DNA of 64,000 nucleotides from Bacteroidales bacterium (GTDB taxonomy: Bacteria; Bacteroidota; Bacteroidia; Bacteroidales; F082), in contig JAOZOO010000002.1 in the NCBI GenBank assembly GCA_029933225.1, positions 925-64,924 of the forward strand. Reading direction: 5' to 3'. The notes under the pieces are model-generated. The model saw only the letters and a program-made list of their open reading frames with translations. It was not told the DNA's origin and searched no databases. Below are positions 9,124 to 18,572 of the stretch, piece after piece. The number at the start of each line of letters is the position of its first letter. Positions within the stretch are counted from its first letter, which is position 1. Made by a program: the position numbers and the translations under genes.

Positions 9124-9961
9124 CGGGATTATTGGTTAATTCCAGTTCTTTGTATTTCTTTGAAATCGTAAACGGAAACTTCAGGGAGTTGTCCATTTCT
9201 ATCTTTTGAAAATCAACGTCAATGGTGATCGGCTTTTGAGAAGATATATTGATCAGCAGGTGCTTCGGAAAATATTTTCCGTCAATTTCAACGTAATCAT
9301 CATAAATGACGACCAGCTTTTTATTGTCTTCGCCAAGTTCTTTCAACTCAACTCTTTTGATCTTAAAAAGGGAAGGATCGAGCCAGATATTCTGGATAAG
9401 CACTTTCGGGTTGTCTTCGCTTTTTCGTAAAAATTTCTTGAGTTTTTTTCTTTCCAGAATGGTAATCCTGTAAAGACCGCCGTCAATGGATGCCTTGTAT
9501 TTGTTTACATCGTATTGGGTCAGGTCGTTGCCGATGATCATGGACTGAAGAATGGAATAATCGATGGTGGTATTCAGGATTTCTGCCAAAAGATGATATT
9601 GTCCCGTGAAATAGGTCTTATTCAACCGGTTGATAAATTTTACCGAATCGTTCGTCATCATAATGCGCGCCGCTTCTATTCCCAGTGCCGGTGAGAATGA
9701 TATCCAGGTGATGCTGTCTTTTTTTATGCGCAGTTGCCCCCGCAGATTGGTGACCTTTCGCCCCTGCTGGTACCGGATGCTGAATTTGGCGTTCAGATAG
9801 TTGAACTCAAGCTGATTTTCAAGCATCTTGGAATAAAGGTAATTAAACCCGTATTCTTTCAGGGGTCTCTTTAAAGTGGTACGGGTTGACTTGCATGAAG
9901 AGACCATGCCCAGCAATGCCGTGAGCAATGCAAGTAAAATGATATTCCGGTATTTATTCAT
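9113..9961 (-). CDS. Lipoprotein, probable DUF4292 (LolB-like) family
   Basis: The ORF reaches 9979, but ATG at 9961 gives a lipoprotein signal (MNKYRNIILLALLTALLGMVSSC) and an ATGAATAA overlap with the upstream stop. Family assignment rests on the conserved Bacteroidota synteny dut-TPR-DUF4292-LytM (recollection, not a search). Confidence 0.6.
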   Translation of the reverse strand: MNKYRNIILLALLTALLGMVSSCKSTRTTLKRPLKEYGFNYLYSKMLENQLEFNYLNAKFSIRYQQGRKVTNLRGQLRIKKDSITWISFSPALGIEAARIMMTNDSVKFINRLNKTYFTGQYHLLAEILNTTIDYSILQSMIIGNDLTQYDVNKYKASIDGGLYRITILERKKLKKFLRKSEDNPKVLIQNIWLDPSLFKIKRVELKELGEDNKKLVVIYDDYVEIDGKYFPKHLLINISSQKPITIDVDFQKIEMDNSLKFPFTISKKYKELELTNNPDEK

Positions 9962-11684
9962 ACAGCCTGCCATCTGCAATTTTTTTGTCCAGCAGTTCGG
10001 AATGATCTTTCTTTTCCTTTGCCAGTTTCCAGTACTTCAGGGCCTCTTTGTTTTTTCCGGTTTTGTAAAGGATGTCGCCATAATGCTCAAGGACAACCCC
10101 GCTTGAGTCGCCCCCGTTGTTTATGGCCTTTTTGATCCATTCCAGCGCATCCTGGTATTTCTGCTGCTTGTATAATACCCAGGCATAGGTATCCAGATTG
10201 CTGCTGTTATAAGGATCCAGTTCAACCGCTTTTTTCGCCATTTCAGCCGCTTTTTCAAGGTTTACCGAACGCAGGGAAAGATAATACGCGTAATTGTTCA
10301 GTACAATGGAATTTTCAGGATTGATCTTCAGGGCCTGGTCATAAGCTTTGTAAGATGCCTCATATTGCTCCAGCTCGTTGTAAGTGTCGCCCAGAGTAGA
10401 GTAAAACTGCTCAAGCAATGCATCGTTATTTACGACAAAATCTTTCCCCGACTCGAGGTAAGCTTTGGCCTTCACATAGTCTTTAAGCTGAAAGTTTCCG
10501 ATACCGGCAAAAAAATACGGCAACGGATAGGACGGAAAAAGATCAATGACATCTTCCGAATCCTTTGCCAGTGCTTCGTAATCTTCAAGATACAGGTCGC
10601 TGAACAACAATTCTTCCCACAAAGCGTAGTTGGAATTGTCCTGTTTTAATATTTCATACAGAAGCTCTCTTGCTTTTTCATATTCTTTGTTTTCATAAAG
10701 CATGGAAGCATGGAAAGATTCAGACAGCACATTGTTTGGATGGGTCTTTTTCAGGATTTCCGAAAGCTCGAGCGCCTGTTTTTTCTGCTTTTCCGTCAGG
10801 TTTCCCGAGTAGTAGTTAAACAACAGATTGATCTTGGTCTTTAAATCCAGTTTGGGATTGGCAAAGCCCTGCTTCAGTTCTTCAAAAGATTTTTCATCTT
10901 CGCCTGTTTTTTTATAAAAGTCGGCCAGCGAGATATGTACATACGGGTCGTTGGGATTGATCTCCAGGATTTTCCTGTAGGCCCATTCTGCCTTTTCCGG
11001 CATGTTGTTTTTTGAACAATATTCGGCCAGCAAAGCATAATACCGCGGGTCATCGGGATTGATTTTGATCAGCTTTTCATATTCGGCCACTGCGCTGTCA
11101 GGCAGCCCGAGTTTGGTATAAAGCTGTACCTTTTGCTGGGAAAGCCGCTCATTGATGCCCACATTCTCTTCGATCCTGTTGTACATTTTTACCGCATTCG
11201 CATAGTCGCCCGTAAAGTAATAAGCATAAGCCATTTCCTGGAGGAAGTTCAGGTTATTCGGATATTCCTTTACCAGTTCCTCGTAAGTTGAAATATAATC
11301 ATCATAGTTGCCCACTGATTTTGAAATGTTGGCAAACAAAACCTTGTACCACTGGTTTTTCGGGTTCAGTGCCACTGCTTTTTTAGCTGATACCAGGGCT
11401 TCGTCACTACGGCTCATTGCCTGAAGCAAGCGGGCTTTTTCATAATGGGCAGCCGGGTCTTCGGGATTGATCACTATGGCCTTATCGAACAATTCCAGCG
11501 CCTGCTGAAGATTTCCCAGCTCCCGCTGGCTTACGGCCTGCATAAAAATATCCGCTTCCTGACGATGGTCATTCAGCGTGATTTCCTGTTTGGTCGTTTT
11601 TTCTGCCGTCTTTTTGGATGCCGAACATGCAAACAGCCCGAAAACGACAACAGTAAAAACAAGGGATTTTATTATGTAATTCAT
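9954..11684 (-). CDS. TPR-repeat lipoprotein
   Basis: 576 aa with a lipobox (VVFGLFAC) and many 34-aa TPR-like units (A/Y/L pattern, e.g. ALELFDKAIVINPEDPAAHYEKARLL). Confidence 0.85.
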   Translation of the reverse strand: MNYIIKSLVFTVVVFGLFACSASKKTAEKTTKQEITLNDHRQEADIFMQAVSQRELGNLQQALELFDKAIVINPEDPAAHYEKARLLQAMSRSDEALVSAKKAVALNPKNQWYKVLFANISKSVGNYDDYISTYEELVKEYPNNLNFLQEMAYAYYFTGDYANAVKMYNRIEENVGINERLSQQKVQLYTKLGLPDSAVAEYEKLIKINPDDPRYYALLAEYCSKNNMPEKAEWAYRKILEINPNDPYVHISLADFYKKTGEDEKSFEELKQGFANPKLDLKTKINLLFNYYSGNLTEKQKKQALELSEILKKTHPNNVLSESFHASMLYENKEYEKARELLYEILKQDNSNYALWEELLFSDLYLEDYEALAKDSEDVIDLFPSYPLPYFFAGIGNFQLKDYVKAKAYLESGKDFVVNNDALLEQFYSTLGDTYNELEQYEASYKAYDQALKINPENSIVLNNYAYYLSLRSVNLEKAAEMAKKAVELDPYNSSNLDTYAWVLYKQQKYQDALEWIKKAINNGGDSSGVVLEHYGDILYKTGKNKEALKYWKLAKEKKDHSELLDKKIADGRLYE

Positions 11685-11707
11685 GTATTCCTGAAAAACG
11701 TTTAATT

Positions 11708-12142
11708 TTATTCATGCCCCGTATGGCCGAAGCCGCCGGCTCCCCTTTGGGTTTCATTCAACCGGTCAACCTCGATCAGTTCTGCTGTGGCGTGCTGCGA
11801 AATGATCATCTGCGCAATCCTGTCGCCATCTTTTATCTCATACGGCTGATCAGAAAGATTGATGATGATCACCTTGATTTCGCCTCTGTAATCGGCGTCA
11901 ATGGTACCCGGCGTGTTGAGTACCGTTATCCCGTGTTTGATGGCGAGGCCGCTGCGGGGACGTACCTGTGCTTCGTAACCGATGGGTAGTTCGATGTATA
12001 AACCGGTAGGTATCAGTGCCCTTTCCATCGGGCGGAGCACCACCGGCTCGTCAAGACCGGCCCTTAAATCCATGCCTGCCGATGCTTCCGTTTCGTATTT
12101 TGGAAGCGCATGCCTTGATGTATTTACTATGCGGACTTTCAT
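11708..12142 (-). CDS. dut: dUTP diphosphatase
   Basis: 144 aa. Motifs [22 protein letters not shown] and a C-terminal RGAGGFG(H)TG. Confidence 0.95.
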   Translation of the reverse strand: MKVRIVNTSRHALPKYETEASAGMDLRAGLDEPVVLRPMERALIPTGLYIELPIGYEAQVRPRSGLAIKHGITVLNTPGTIDADYRGEIKVIIINLSDQPYEIKDGDRIAQMIISQHATAELIEVDRLNETQRGAGGFGHTGHE

Positions 12143-12165
12143 TTGATTTCATGGTAAAAAACGGG

Positions 12166-12173
12166 CAAAAATA
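12166..12173 (-). promoter_or_regulatory. Candidate -7 box (TATTTTTG on minus strand)
   Basis: Plus-strand caaaaata, 24 nt upstream of the dut ATG at 12142. Confidence 0.45.
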
Positions 12174-12360
12174 GTGAATTAAAGGGGATGTTTATCCTAA
12201 TCTATCATAAGAAATTACAATACAGCACAATTAAAGGTAAGGATGCGGCTATTTTCAGGCATTACCCCCCGCTTTTTTAAGCGTCCCGCTTAAAGTTTTA
12301 ACACCATACCTTTCCCGCTATCCCCATTCACACAAGACACTACCCTATTCTCATCCCCGT

Positions 12361-13845
12361 TTAGCGGGTCAGGCGCCGGTTCAATTTCTTCTTTTCAACA
12401 ACAAACGCTACCGAGAGATAAACAAGAATAAAAATGCCCGCTGTAATAATCTGCATCGTTGTCTGTTGTAAATCAAGATATCGGTACATGAAAAAGAGCA
12501 GAATAGCGAGCGCAGAATATAAAACCAACCGGCCGTATTTGTAACTGACTTTGTACACTCTGCGCCCCCAGAAAAACGAAATCATCATCATGCTGAAATA
12601 ACAGGCAAAGTTGGCCCAGGCAGAGCCCACATAGCCGTATTTGGGGATGAGTATCACGTTAAGCACAATGGTTACCGTGGCTCCGAAGATAGCTATTGCA
12701 GCGCCATACAGCGTTTTGTTGGTGAGCTTGTACCACACGGATAGATTGTAAAAAACACCGAGAAACAGTTTGGCCATCAACACAATGGGCACGATCATTA
12801 GTCCTTCCCAGAAAGCCGGGCCGATAAAATATTTGACAATATCCAGATTTAGTGTAACGGCAAGGAAGATCAGCCATGTAAAAATCACGAAATAGGTCAT
12901 CACATCGCTGTAAATGGCTTTGGCTTCTTTCTTCCCCGACTCCCTGAAAAAGAAGGGTTCGGCAGCATAGCGAAACATCTGGATGAACAGCATCATCAGG
13001 ATGGCCAGCTTGTAATTTGCCCCGTAGATACCGATCTGCGCTTCAGCTTCTTTCACGGTGTCAACCGGAAGCAGGTATTTTAAAAGTATTTTATCTGAAA
13101 CTTCATTGATCATCCCGGCCACGCCGATAATCAGTATGGGCAGCCCGTACGCCAGCAGTTTTTGTAAAAGTGCTTTTTCTATCCTGAAACGGAAAGCGCG
13201 CAGCTCGGGGATCATCAGAAACAAAACCGACAGGGAACTGATCAGATTGGCGATAAAAACAAAGATGATCATATTCTCGTGGCTGTAAACCGGCAGCCCG
13301 GAAAGTTTGTCGCCGTAAACACGGGGGATGATTAGTAAAAAGGTGAAGTTCAGCACAATGTTGATCACCACGCTGATGATCTTGATCAGTGAAAAGCGCC
13401 GGGCCTTGTTTTGATATCTCAGATAGGCAAACGGCAACGAGGTAAAGGCGTCCACCGCAACGATGATGGCAAGCAGCAAAATGTATTCGGGGTGTCCCGA
13501 ATATTGAATGCCGCGGGCAATGTCGCCGAGAAAAAGAACCACCAGCAACACAAATGCAACGGAAGTGATCAATAATGAACCCGTAGCCGTGTTGAAAACC
13601 TTGTTGGGTTTCTTCTCCAGTTCGGCATACCGGAAGAAGGCGGTTTCCATTCCGTAGGTCAGGAAGACCATGATCAGCGCTACCCAGGCATACAGTTCTG
13701 TAATTTGTCCGTAATCATTTTGCGAAAAAATCCGTGTGTAAAAAGGGACCAGCAGGTAATTGAGTATCCTGGGGATAATCGTGCCGAGACCGTAGATCAC
13801 GGTTTCGCCCGCCAGTTTTTTTATCGGATTGATTGCCATATTCAA
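12361..13845 (-). CDS. Polysaccharide/oligosaccharide flippase family membrane protein (MOP superfamily, Wzx-like)
   Basis: 494 aa and ~12-14 predicted TM helices throughout. The N-terminus LAGETVIYGLGTIIPRILNYLLVPFYT is typical of this family. Confidence 0.75.
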   Translation of the reverse strand: MNMAINPIKKLAGETVIYGLGTIIPRILNYLLVPFYTRIFSQNDYGQITELYAWVALIMVFLTYGMETAFFRYAELEKKPNKVFNTATGSLLITSVAFVLLVVLFLGDIARGIQYSGHPEYILLLAIIVAVDAFTSLPFAYLRYQNKARRFSLIKIISVVINIVLNFTFLLIIPRVYGDKLSGLPVYSHENMIIFVFIANLISSLSVLFLMIPELRAFRFRIEKALLQKLLAYGLPILIIGVAGMINEVSDKILLKYLLPVDTVKEAEAQIGIYGANYKLAILMMLFIQMFRYAAEPFFFRESGKKEAKAIYSDVMTYFVIFTWLIFLAVTLNLDIVKYFIGPAFWEGLMIVPIVLMAKLFLGVFYNLSVWYKLTNKTLYGAAIAIFGATVTIVLNVILIPKYGYVGSAWANFACYFSMMMISFFWGRRVYKVSYKYGRLVLYSALAILLFFMYRYLDLQQTTMQIITAGIFILVYLSVAFVVEKKKLNRRLTR

Positions 13846-13917
13846 TGTGGTGGAGCCAAAATTAGAGATAATCCTTTACTGTCAAAGGTTATTTTCCAAA
13901 ATTTCTCCACCGGAGCA

Positions 13918-16900
13918 TCATCCGTTTTCCATCTTGCGGAATTTCAGGGTAAAAACGGTTCCCTCACCCTCTGCTGATTCAAAAGTGATCTCCCCTCCTA
14001 TCTCCTGCATAATGTTTTTTACAATGGCCAGTCCCAGACCGGTGCCGGTGGACTTTGTTGTAAAATACGGCTGGAAAATTTTGGCTTTTTGCTCATCGGG
14101 AATACCTTTTCCATTGTCTGAAACCGTAACAACAAAGTATTTGTTTTCTTCCTTCAGATCAATGTTCACAAACCCCTCCCCTTTTTTGTCGATTGATTGT
14201 ATTGCGTTCTTTATCAGGTTATTGAACAATCGGAGCAAATCCTTTTCAAATGCCGGTGTAAAATATTTCCCGCCGGTAGTCTCTTTCCGGTAATTGATGT
14301 TGACGGAGGTATTGTTTTTAAAAAGCTGCACCGATTCACGGATTACATTGTCGAGATCAACTTTTTCAAAATTCCTTACCCGGGTTGTGGCCAGATCGGA
14401 AAACATTTCAGCCACTTTATCGAGTGATTCAATCTGGCTGATCAGTGAGTTACTGATATTTTTCACTTTTTCATCCAGATTCTTATCTTTTTCCCGGAAA
14501 GCTTTTTCGAGGTATTGCACGTTCAGTTTCATGGGCGTCAGCGGGTTTTTTATCTCATGTGCGATCTGCTGGGCCACTTCCCGCCAGGCGCTTTCCCTTT
14601 CCGACTGTTTGAGCAGCTCGGCACTTTGTTCGAGTTTGTCGATCATCTTATTGTACTCCGTGATCAATTGACCAATTTCGTCCTCATTTGCCCACGGTAT
14701 CGGCTTGTTCGGCTTATCGATCTGTATGGCCGCAATGTTTTCCTGAAGCACTTTCATGGGCCTTGTAATGAGCCTTGACAAGGCAACCGCAATGAATGCC
14801 CCGATGATCCCGAGGAAAACAAACAGGTTGATAAAGGTAAATATCATCAAATAGTAAGCCTGTGTCACCTCTGTTTGTTTCGCAAAGTACGGCAGGTTCA
14901 CTATTCCTGCGGCTTGTTCACCACCGAGCTCCAACGGCGCGTAAGAAGAATAATACGACACCTCCCCTATTTTCTCGCGGGTAAAATAAAAGAGCTTGCT
15001 TTTCACCATCAGCTCCTCGTAAGCCATCGGATTGATGTTTTCCGAAAGCAATCCCAGATTGAAAATTTCAGGCCGTGAAGACGCTACAAGATGTCCCGCC
15101 GGATTGAAAATGTTGATATCGGAAAAGAAGACGCGTGAAAACTTGATCAGCATTTGCTGCAGTTGCGGCTGTTCAATCGCAGTAAGGTCCGTCATTCCCC
15201 CCAGCTTATCCTGTAGTTCGATAATGACCGAATTTGTTTTTTCATTCAATTGTTCAACCAGCTTATTTTCATTGCTTTGGTTGATATAATATAAAGTGAT
15301 GACCGCCAGCAGGATGATGATGATTGAAATGGTTGAGATAAAAATCAACTGCAGCCGGGCCTGGAAACTTCGGCGCAACAGCCGGGGAATGTCTTTCCAG
15401 TATAAAAGCATCAAAACCACCAGTACGCTGGATGTGAAAATGATGAATAACAGAGAAAAGGAAAGTAACTGCACCGACAGCTTTTTGAACGGTCGGCTGA
15501 CGATCAGGTATTCATTATCCGATATCCGGATTTTGTAATGCGTGTATTTGTCAAGTGTAAAATACTGTTTTCCAGGATATTTTATCAGGAACTGATAATT
15601 TGTGTGATAGGGAAAATCTCCAAATTTATAAACCAGCAGATTGTCTTTATACCGTGCATAGGAATAATTAGATAAGTCAATATCACTTTTTCGGTTTGCG
15701 AGTAGCTCGGGATAACCAATCCCTTCAGGAATAAATTTGTTGTAAAACTCAATAAAAATATTCTGGTAACCGGTAGTATCCTTCTGGTCAGGGAATGAGA
15801 GTTTTCCTAAATAGTATATGCTTTCAGGGTCAAGGTTCAGTAAATAAAGATAGGGTGATTTGGTTGGAGAGCCGAATTCCCTGACCATTTCCTCAAAATA
15901 ATCGGAACATCCCGAAACCAGCCCTTCAGGTTGTATTTCAATGAGTTGTCCTTTATTGCAAATGGTAATTTGTATGTCATATTTTCTGCTGCTGTTTCTG
16001 AAATACTTTACTGATATGTAGTCTTTTATCTGTGACTCAACATTGAGAACACTTCTGTTTATCATTTCGTTAAACGCAGAATCTGTTTTTATTCTCTTTT
16101 CAAAACCCGAAAATTCCTGCTCCAGCTTTTTGTCTTTTGTAATACTCAATAACTCAGCCGTAAGTTTTTGATGCACCTCGCTTTTTCTGTTTTCCGACAG
16201 GTTGATCACAACGGCAAATGATGCGGAAAACAAAATCAGAATCAACAAATACTTTAATATGTTAATTCCCTGATCGATAGATGGAACCCGTATGATCAGC
16301 AGAAAAAAGATGACAAATAAGGTTGTTGTAACCGGAATTGTAAATCCACCGGGATACAACAGTAAACCAAGCGTTCCCAAAAGAACAAAAATGAAAACAT
16401 GCAACCCGAAAGGAACAGGGATTTTCAGTATATGCTCTCCGAGCGCTCTGCTGAAAAACAAAATTAAGAATGCCGTTAATAAAACAGATATCAACGCAAT
16501 ATAAGTATTGATTCCTCCGAACTTGATGCCGATGAACGCATTGTAGGGCAAACTTTGTATCAGTTGAAACAGGTAAATAAATGCTGCAAAAGATACGAGC
16601 CACAGTGTTATATCCCATATTATCAACAGGATACGTAGTTCACCGATTCTTTTTTTCAATACATTGATTTGAAATTTCTTATACAGGCTGACACTTAAAA
16701 ACAAGATAAGCACGCCGGTGATCAACTGGTCCCCCAAAGAGTTCAAACCGATGGGCAACTCCGGTATCGTTTTAAAAAGATCGGTGTTTTTCAGGACTCC
16801 AGGAAATTGAAAATAGTAATCTATTACCCTCAATATCAAGAGGTCAAGTAGTGTAAACATCCATTGTATTAAACGATTTTTAAAAGGAAACAATTTCCCG

Positions 16901-17565
16901 TTGTAGAAACTTTGGATACCCAGCGCAATGAAAATATATATCAGTATATAAAGAGCCAGTAAAATGAACAATATGGTTTCTGAAACTCCGGATGGGTTGT
17001 TATTGATAATACCTATGAGAAAATTACCATTACTATCTGTCAGATAGTCATTTGCATCTTCCTTATCAAGGGTGAACCATAATTTTCCACTGGAAAATAA
17101 AGCGTTGTTAAACCGTGATTTTTGTTGATTTATACTTAGGCATTTCAGTATATTTTCAAAAAGGTAAATATCGTATTTCTGATATTTTTCATACTCAACT
17201 AGATAAGTGCCAGTTTGGTTCTTGTATATCTTTTGATGCTGAAAATCAATGTAATGAATGGTATTTGGAATGATATTATTATTCCAGAAAAATAACCGGT
17301 CATTTTTATAGATCAGAACCAGTGTTTCATTTTTCTCTACCGCTCTTTCCAGTTTTGGCCATAAGTTTTCCTGTTTTGTCGTATCAAGTAAACTTTCAAT
17401 TGTTTTTATTTTTTCAGATAACTCATTTAACGACCTGTGTATTTTTTGGTTATACCGGTCTGTCTGCTTTTCGGAAAGAACACCGTCAATAAAGTAAATG
17501 GCCGCAAAAACCAGAATGGTAATCGCTGCCATGATAAAATACCTTATCGTATTCCGTTCGGTCAT
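13918..17565 (-). CDS. Large multi-TM sensor histidine kinase (HAMP-HisKA-HATPase core)
   Basis: 1215 aa. H-box AHEIKNPLTPM, a HAMP-like segment (RPMKVLQENI...EIGQLITEYNKMIDKLEQS), the N-box NLIKNAIQS and G-boxes DNGKGIP / GTGLGLAIV. The N-terminal ~900 aa hold two extracytoplasmic blocks and ~10 TM helices. Confidence 0.85.
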   Translation of the reverse strand: MTERNTIRYFIMAAITILVFAAIYFIDGVLSEKQTDRYNQKIHRSLNELSEKIKTIESLLDTTKQENLWPKLERAVEKNETLVLIYKNDRLFFWNNNIIPNTIHYIDFQHQKIYKNQTGTYLVEYEKYQKYDIYLFENILKCLSINQQKSRFNNALFSSGKLWFTLDKEDANDYLTDSNGNFLIGIINNNPSGVSETILFILLALYILIYIFIALGIQSFYNGKLFPFKNRLIQWMFTLLDLLILRVIDYYFQFPGVLKNTDLFKTIPELPIGLNSLGDQLITGVLILFLSVSLYKKFQINVLKKRIGELRILLIIWDITLWLVSFAAFIYLFQLIQSLPYNAFIGIKFGGINTYIALISVLLTAFLILFFSRALGEHILKIPVPFGLHVFIFVLLGTLGLLLYPGGFTIPVTTTLFVIFFLLIIRVPSIDQGINILKYLLILILFSASFAVVINLSENRKSEVHQKLTAELLSITKDKKLEQEFSGFEKRIKTDSAFNEMINRSVLNVESQIKDYISVKYFRNSSRKYDIQITICNKGQLIEIQPEGLVSGCSDYFEEMVREFGSPTKSPYLYLLNLDPESIYYLGKLSFPDQKDTTGYQNIFIEFYNKFIPEGIGYPELLANRKSDIDLSNYSYARYKDNLLVYKFGDFPYHTNYQFLIKYPGKQYFTLDKYTHYKIRISDNEYLIVSRPFKKLSVQLLSFSLLFIIFTSSVLVVLMLLYWKDIPRLLRRSFQARLQLIFISTISIIIILLAVITLYYINQSNENKLVEQLNEKTNSVIIELQDKLGGMTDLTAIEQPQLQQMLIKFSRVFFSDINIFNPAGHLVASSRPEIFNLGLLSENINPMAYEELMVKSKLFYFTREKIGEVSYYSSYAPLELGGEQAAGIVNLPYFAKQTEVTQAYYLMIFTFINLFVFLGIIGAFIAVALSRLITRPMKVLQENIAAIQIDKPNKPIPWANEDEIGQLITEYNKMIDKLEQSAELLKQSERESAWREVAQQIAHEIKNPLTPMKLNVQYLEKAFREKDKNLDEKVKNISNSLISQIESLDKVAEMFSDLATTRVRNFEKVDLDNVIRESVQLFKNNTSVNINYRKETTGGKYFTPAFEKDLLRLFNNLIKNAIQSIDKKGEGFVNIDLKEENKYFVVTVSDNGKGIPDEQKAKIFQPYFTTKSTGTGLGLAIVKNIMQEIGGEITFESAEGEGTVFTLKFRKMENG

Positions 17566-17594
17566 AAATAATTAACCTTTGATCATTATAAAAA

Positions 17595-17602
17595 CAAATC
17601 TA
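17595..17602 (-). promoter_or_regulatory. Candidate -7 box (TAGATTTG on minus strand)
   Basis: Plus-strand caaatcta, 30 nt upstream of the kinase ATG at 17565. Confidence 0.4.
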
Positions 17603-17609
17603 AAGGTAA

Positions 17610-18572
17610 TTATTTTTGCTTTGCAACAAATATCATGCTTGAATAGTTATTCTTTTTTTTGGCCTTTTTATTTAAACCATATCCTTTGCGTAAAGCATTT
17701 AACGGTGAGAATTTTTTATTCAAATACTTTTCACTTAATAAAGATACATAATATGCATCAAACTTCATAGGCTGTGTCTCAACGATTTTAAACCCGTGTT
17801 TATCAAGCAATAAGCGAATTGTATCGGGAGAAAAATGATACAGATGTCGCGGAACGTCCAACGCGGCCCATTTGTCCTGATAATGTTTAAAATCTGTGGA
17901 TTCAATATTTGGAACAGCAATTATACAATAGCCATCTTCTGTAAGCTTTTCCCGAATGTTTTCAATGGTCTTATTCAGGTCAGGGATGTGTTCCAGTACA
18001 TGCCATAATGTAATGATATCAAACGATTTATCAGGGAATGTTGAAAGCTTATCGTTTTCATATATCTCAAGATAATGTTTTTCTCTGGCAAAATTCCTAG
18101 CCATTCTGTCCGGTTCAATTCCTTTAACATTCCAACCTTGTTTTTTAAAATAGGCGAGGAGTTCGCCCGTGCCTGAACCTATATCTAAAATGGTTTTCCC
18201 TTTTGCAAATCTGTTGACAAGTTTATATTTTTTACGAATATTTACAGCGCGTAATGCCTGATATACAATGTCTTTTGCATTTCTTTTTCGTGCAGTGTGT
18301 GAAAGATAGTCTGATGATTTATAATACTTTGATAACTCCTCGTCTGGTGGTCGTGGGTTGGTAAAAACGAACGAACAAGATAAGCAACGAACAAGCGTAA
18401 ATTCTTCATTCGTCAAAAAATAATCTTTTGTTTTAAGAAACAATTCAAATTTATCCGATCCACATACCGGGCAGTTATTTATGAATATTGTATTTTTTTG
18501 TTCCACGTGAAACGAGCTTTTAAATCCTTCCGATAAACACAGCAAGAATATTAATGTCAGCAGGGGAAACAC
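17610..18572 (-). CDS. Class I SAM-dependent methyltransferase with N-terminal Cys4 zinc ribbon
   Basis: SAM motif [11 protein letters not shown] and CPVCGS...CLSCSF. The annotated ATG overlaps the mnmG 3' end by 53 nt. An in-frame GTG at 18506 ([17 protein letters not shown]) would remove the overlap and may be the true start. Confidence 0.8.
   Translation of the reverse strand: MFPLLTLIFLLCLSEGFKSSFHVEQKNTIFINNCPVCGSDKFELFLKTKDYFLTNEEFTLVRCLSCSFVFTNPRPPDEELSKYYKSSDYLSHTARKRNAKDIVYQALRAVNIRKKYKLVNRFAKGKTILDIGSGTGELLAYFKKQGWNVKGIEPDRMARNFAREKHYLEIYENDKLSTFPDKSFDIITLWHVLEHIPDLNKTIENIREKLTEDGYCIIAVPNIESTDFKHYQDKWAALDVPRHLYHFSPDTIRLLLDKHGFKIVETQPMKFDAYYVSLLSEKYLNKKFSPLNALRKGYGLNKKAKKKNNYSSMIFVAKQK

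Noticed and set aside
7960-9139. Four overlapping plus-strand ORFs (106-167 aa) opposite the EnvC-like gene
   Set aside because: These are Phe/Leu/Ser-rich mirror images of the K/E-rich coiled-coil coding sequence. They overlap each other in different frames and have no independent support.
12200-12360. G-tract cluster (minus strand GGGG..GGG..GGGG..GGG) and palindrome TTAAGCG-tcc-CGCTTAA (12277-12293) between flippase and dut, considered as a G-quadruplex or structured RNA
   Set aside because: The loop lengths (9-17 nt) are too long for a canonical G4. The palindrome lacks a proper T-run for the transcribed strand. It is most simply the flippase 3' UTR/terminator region plus the dut promoter.
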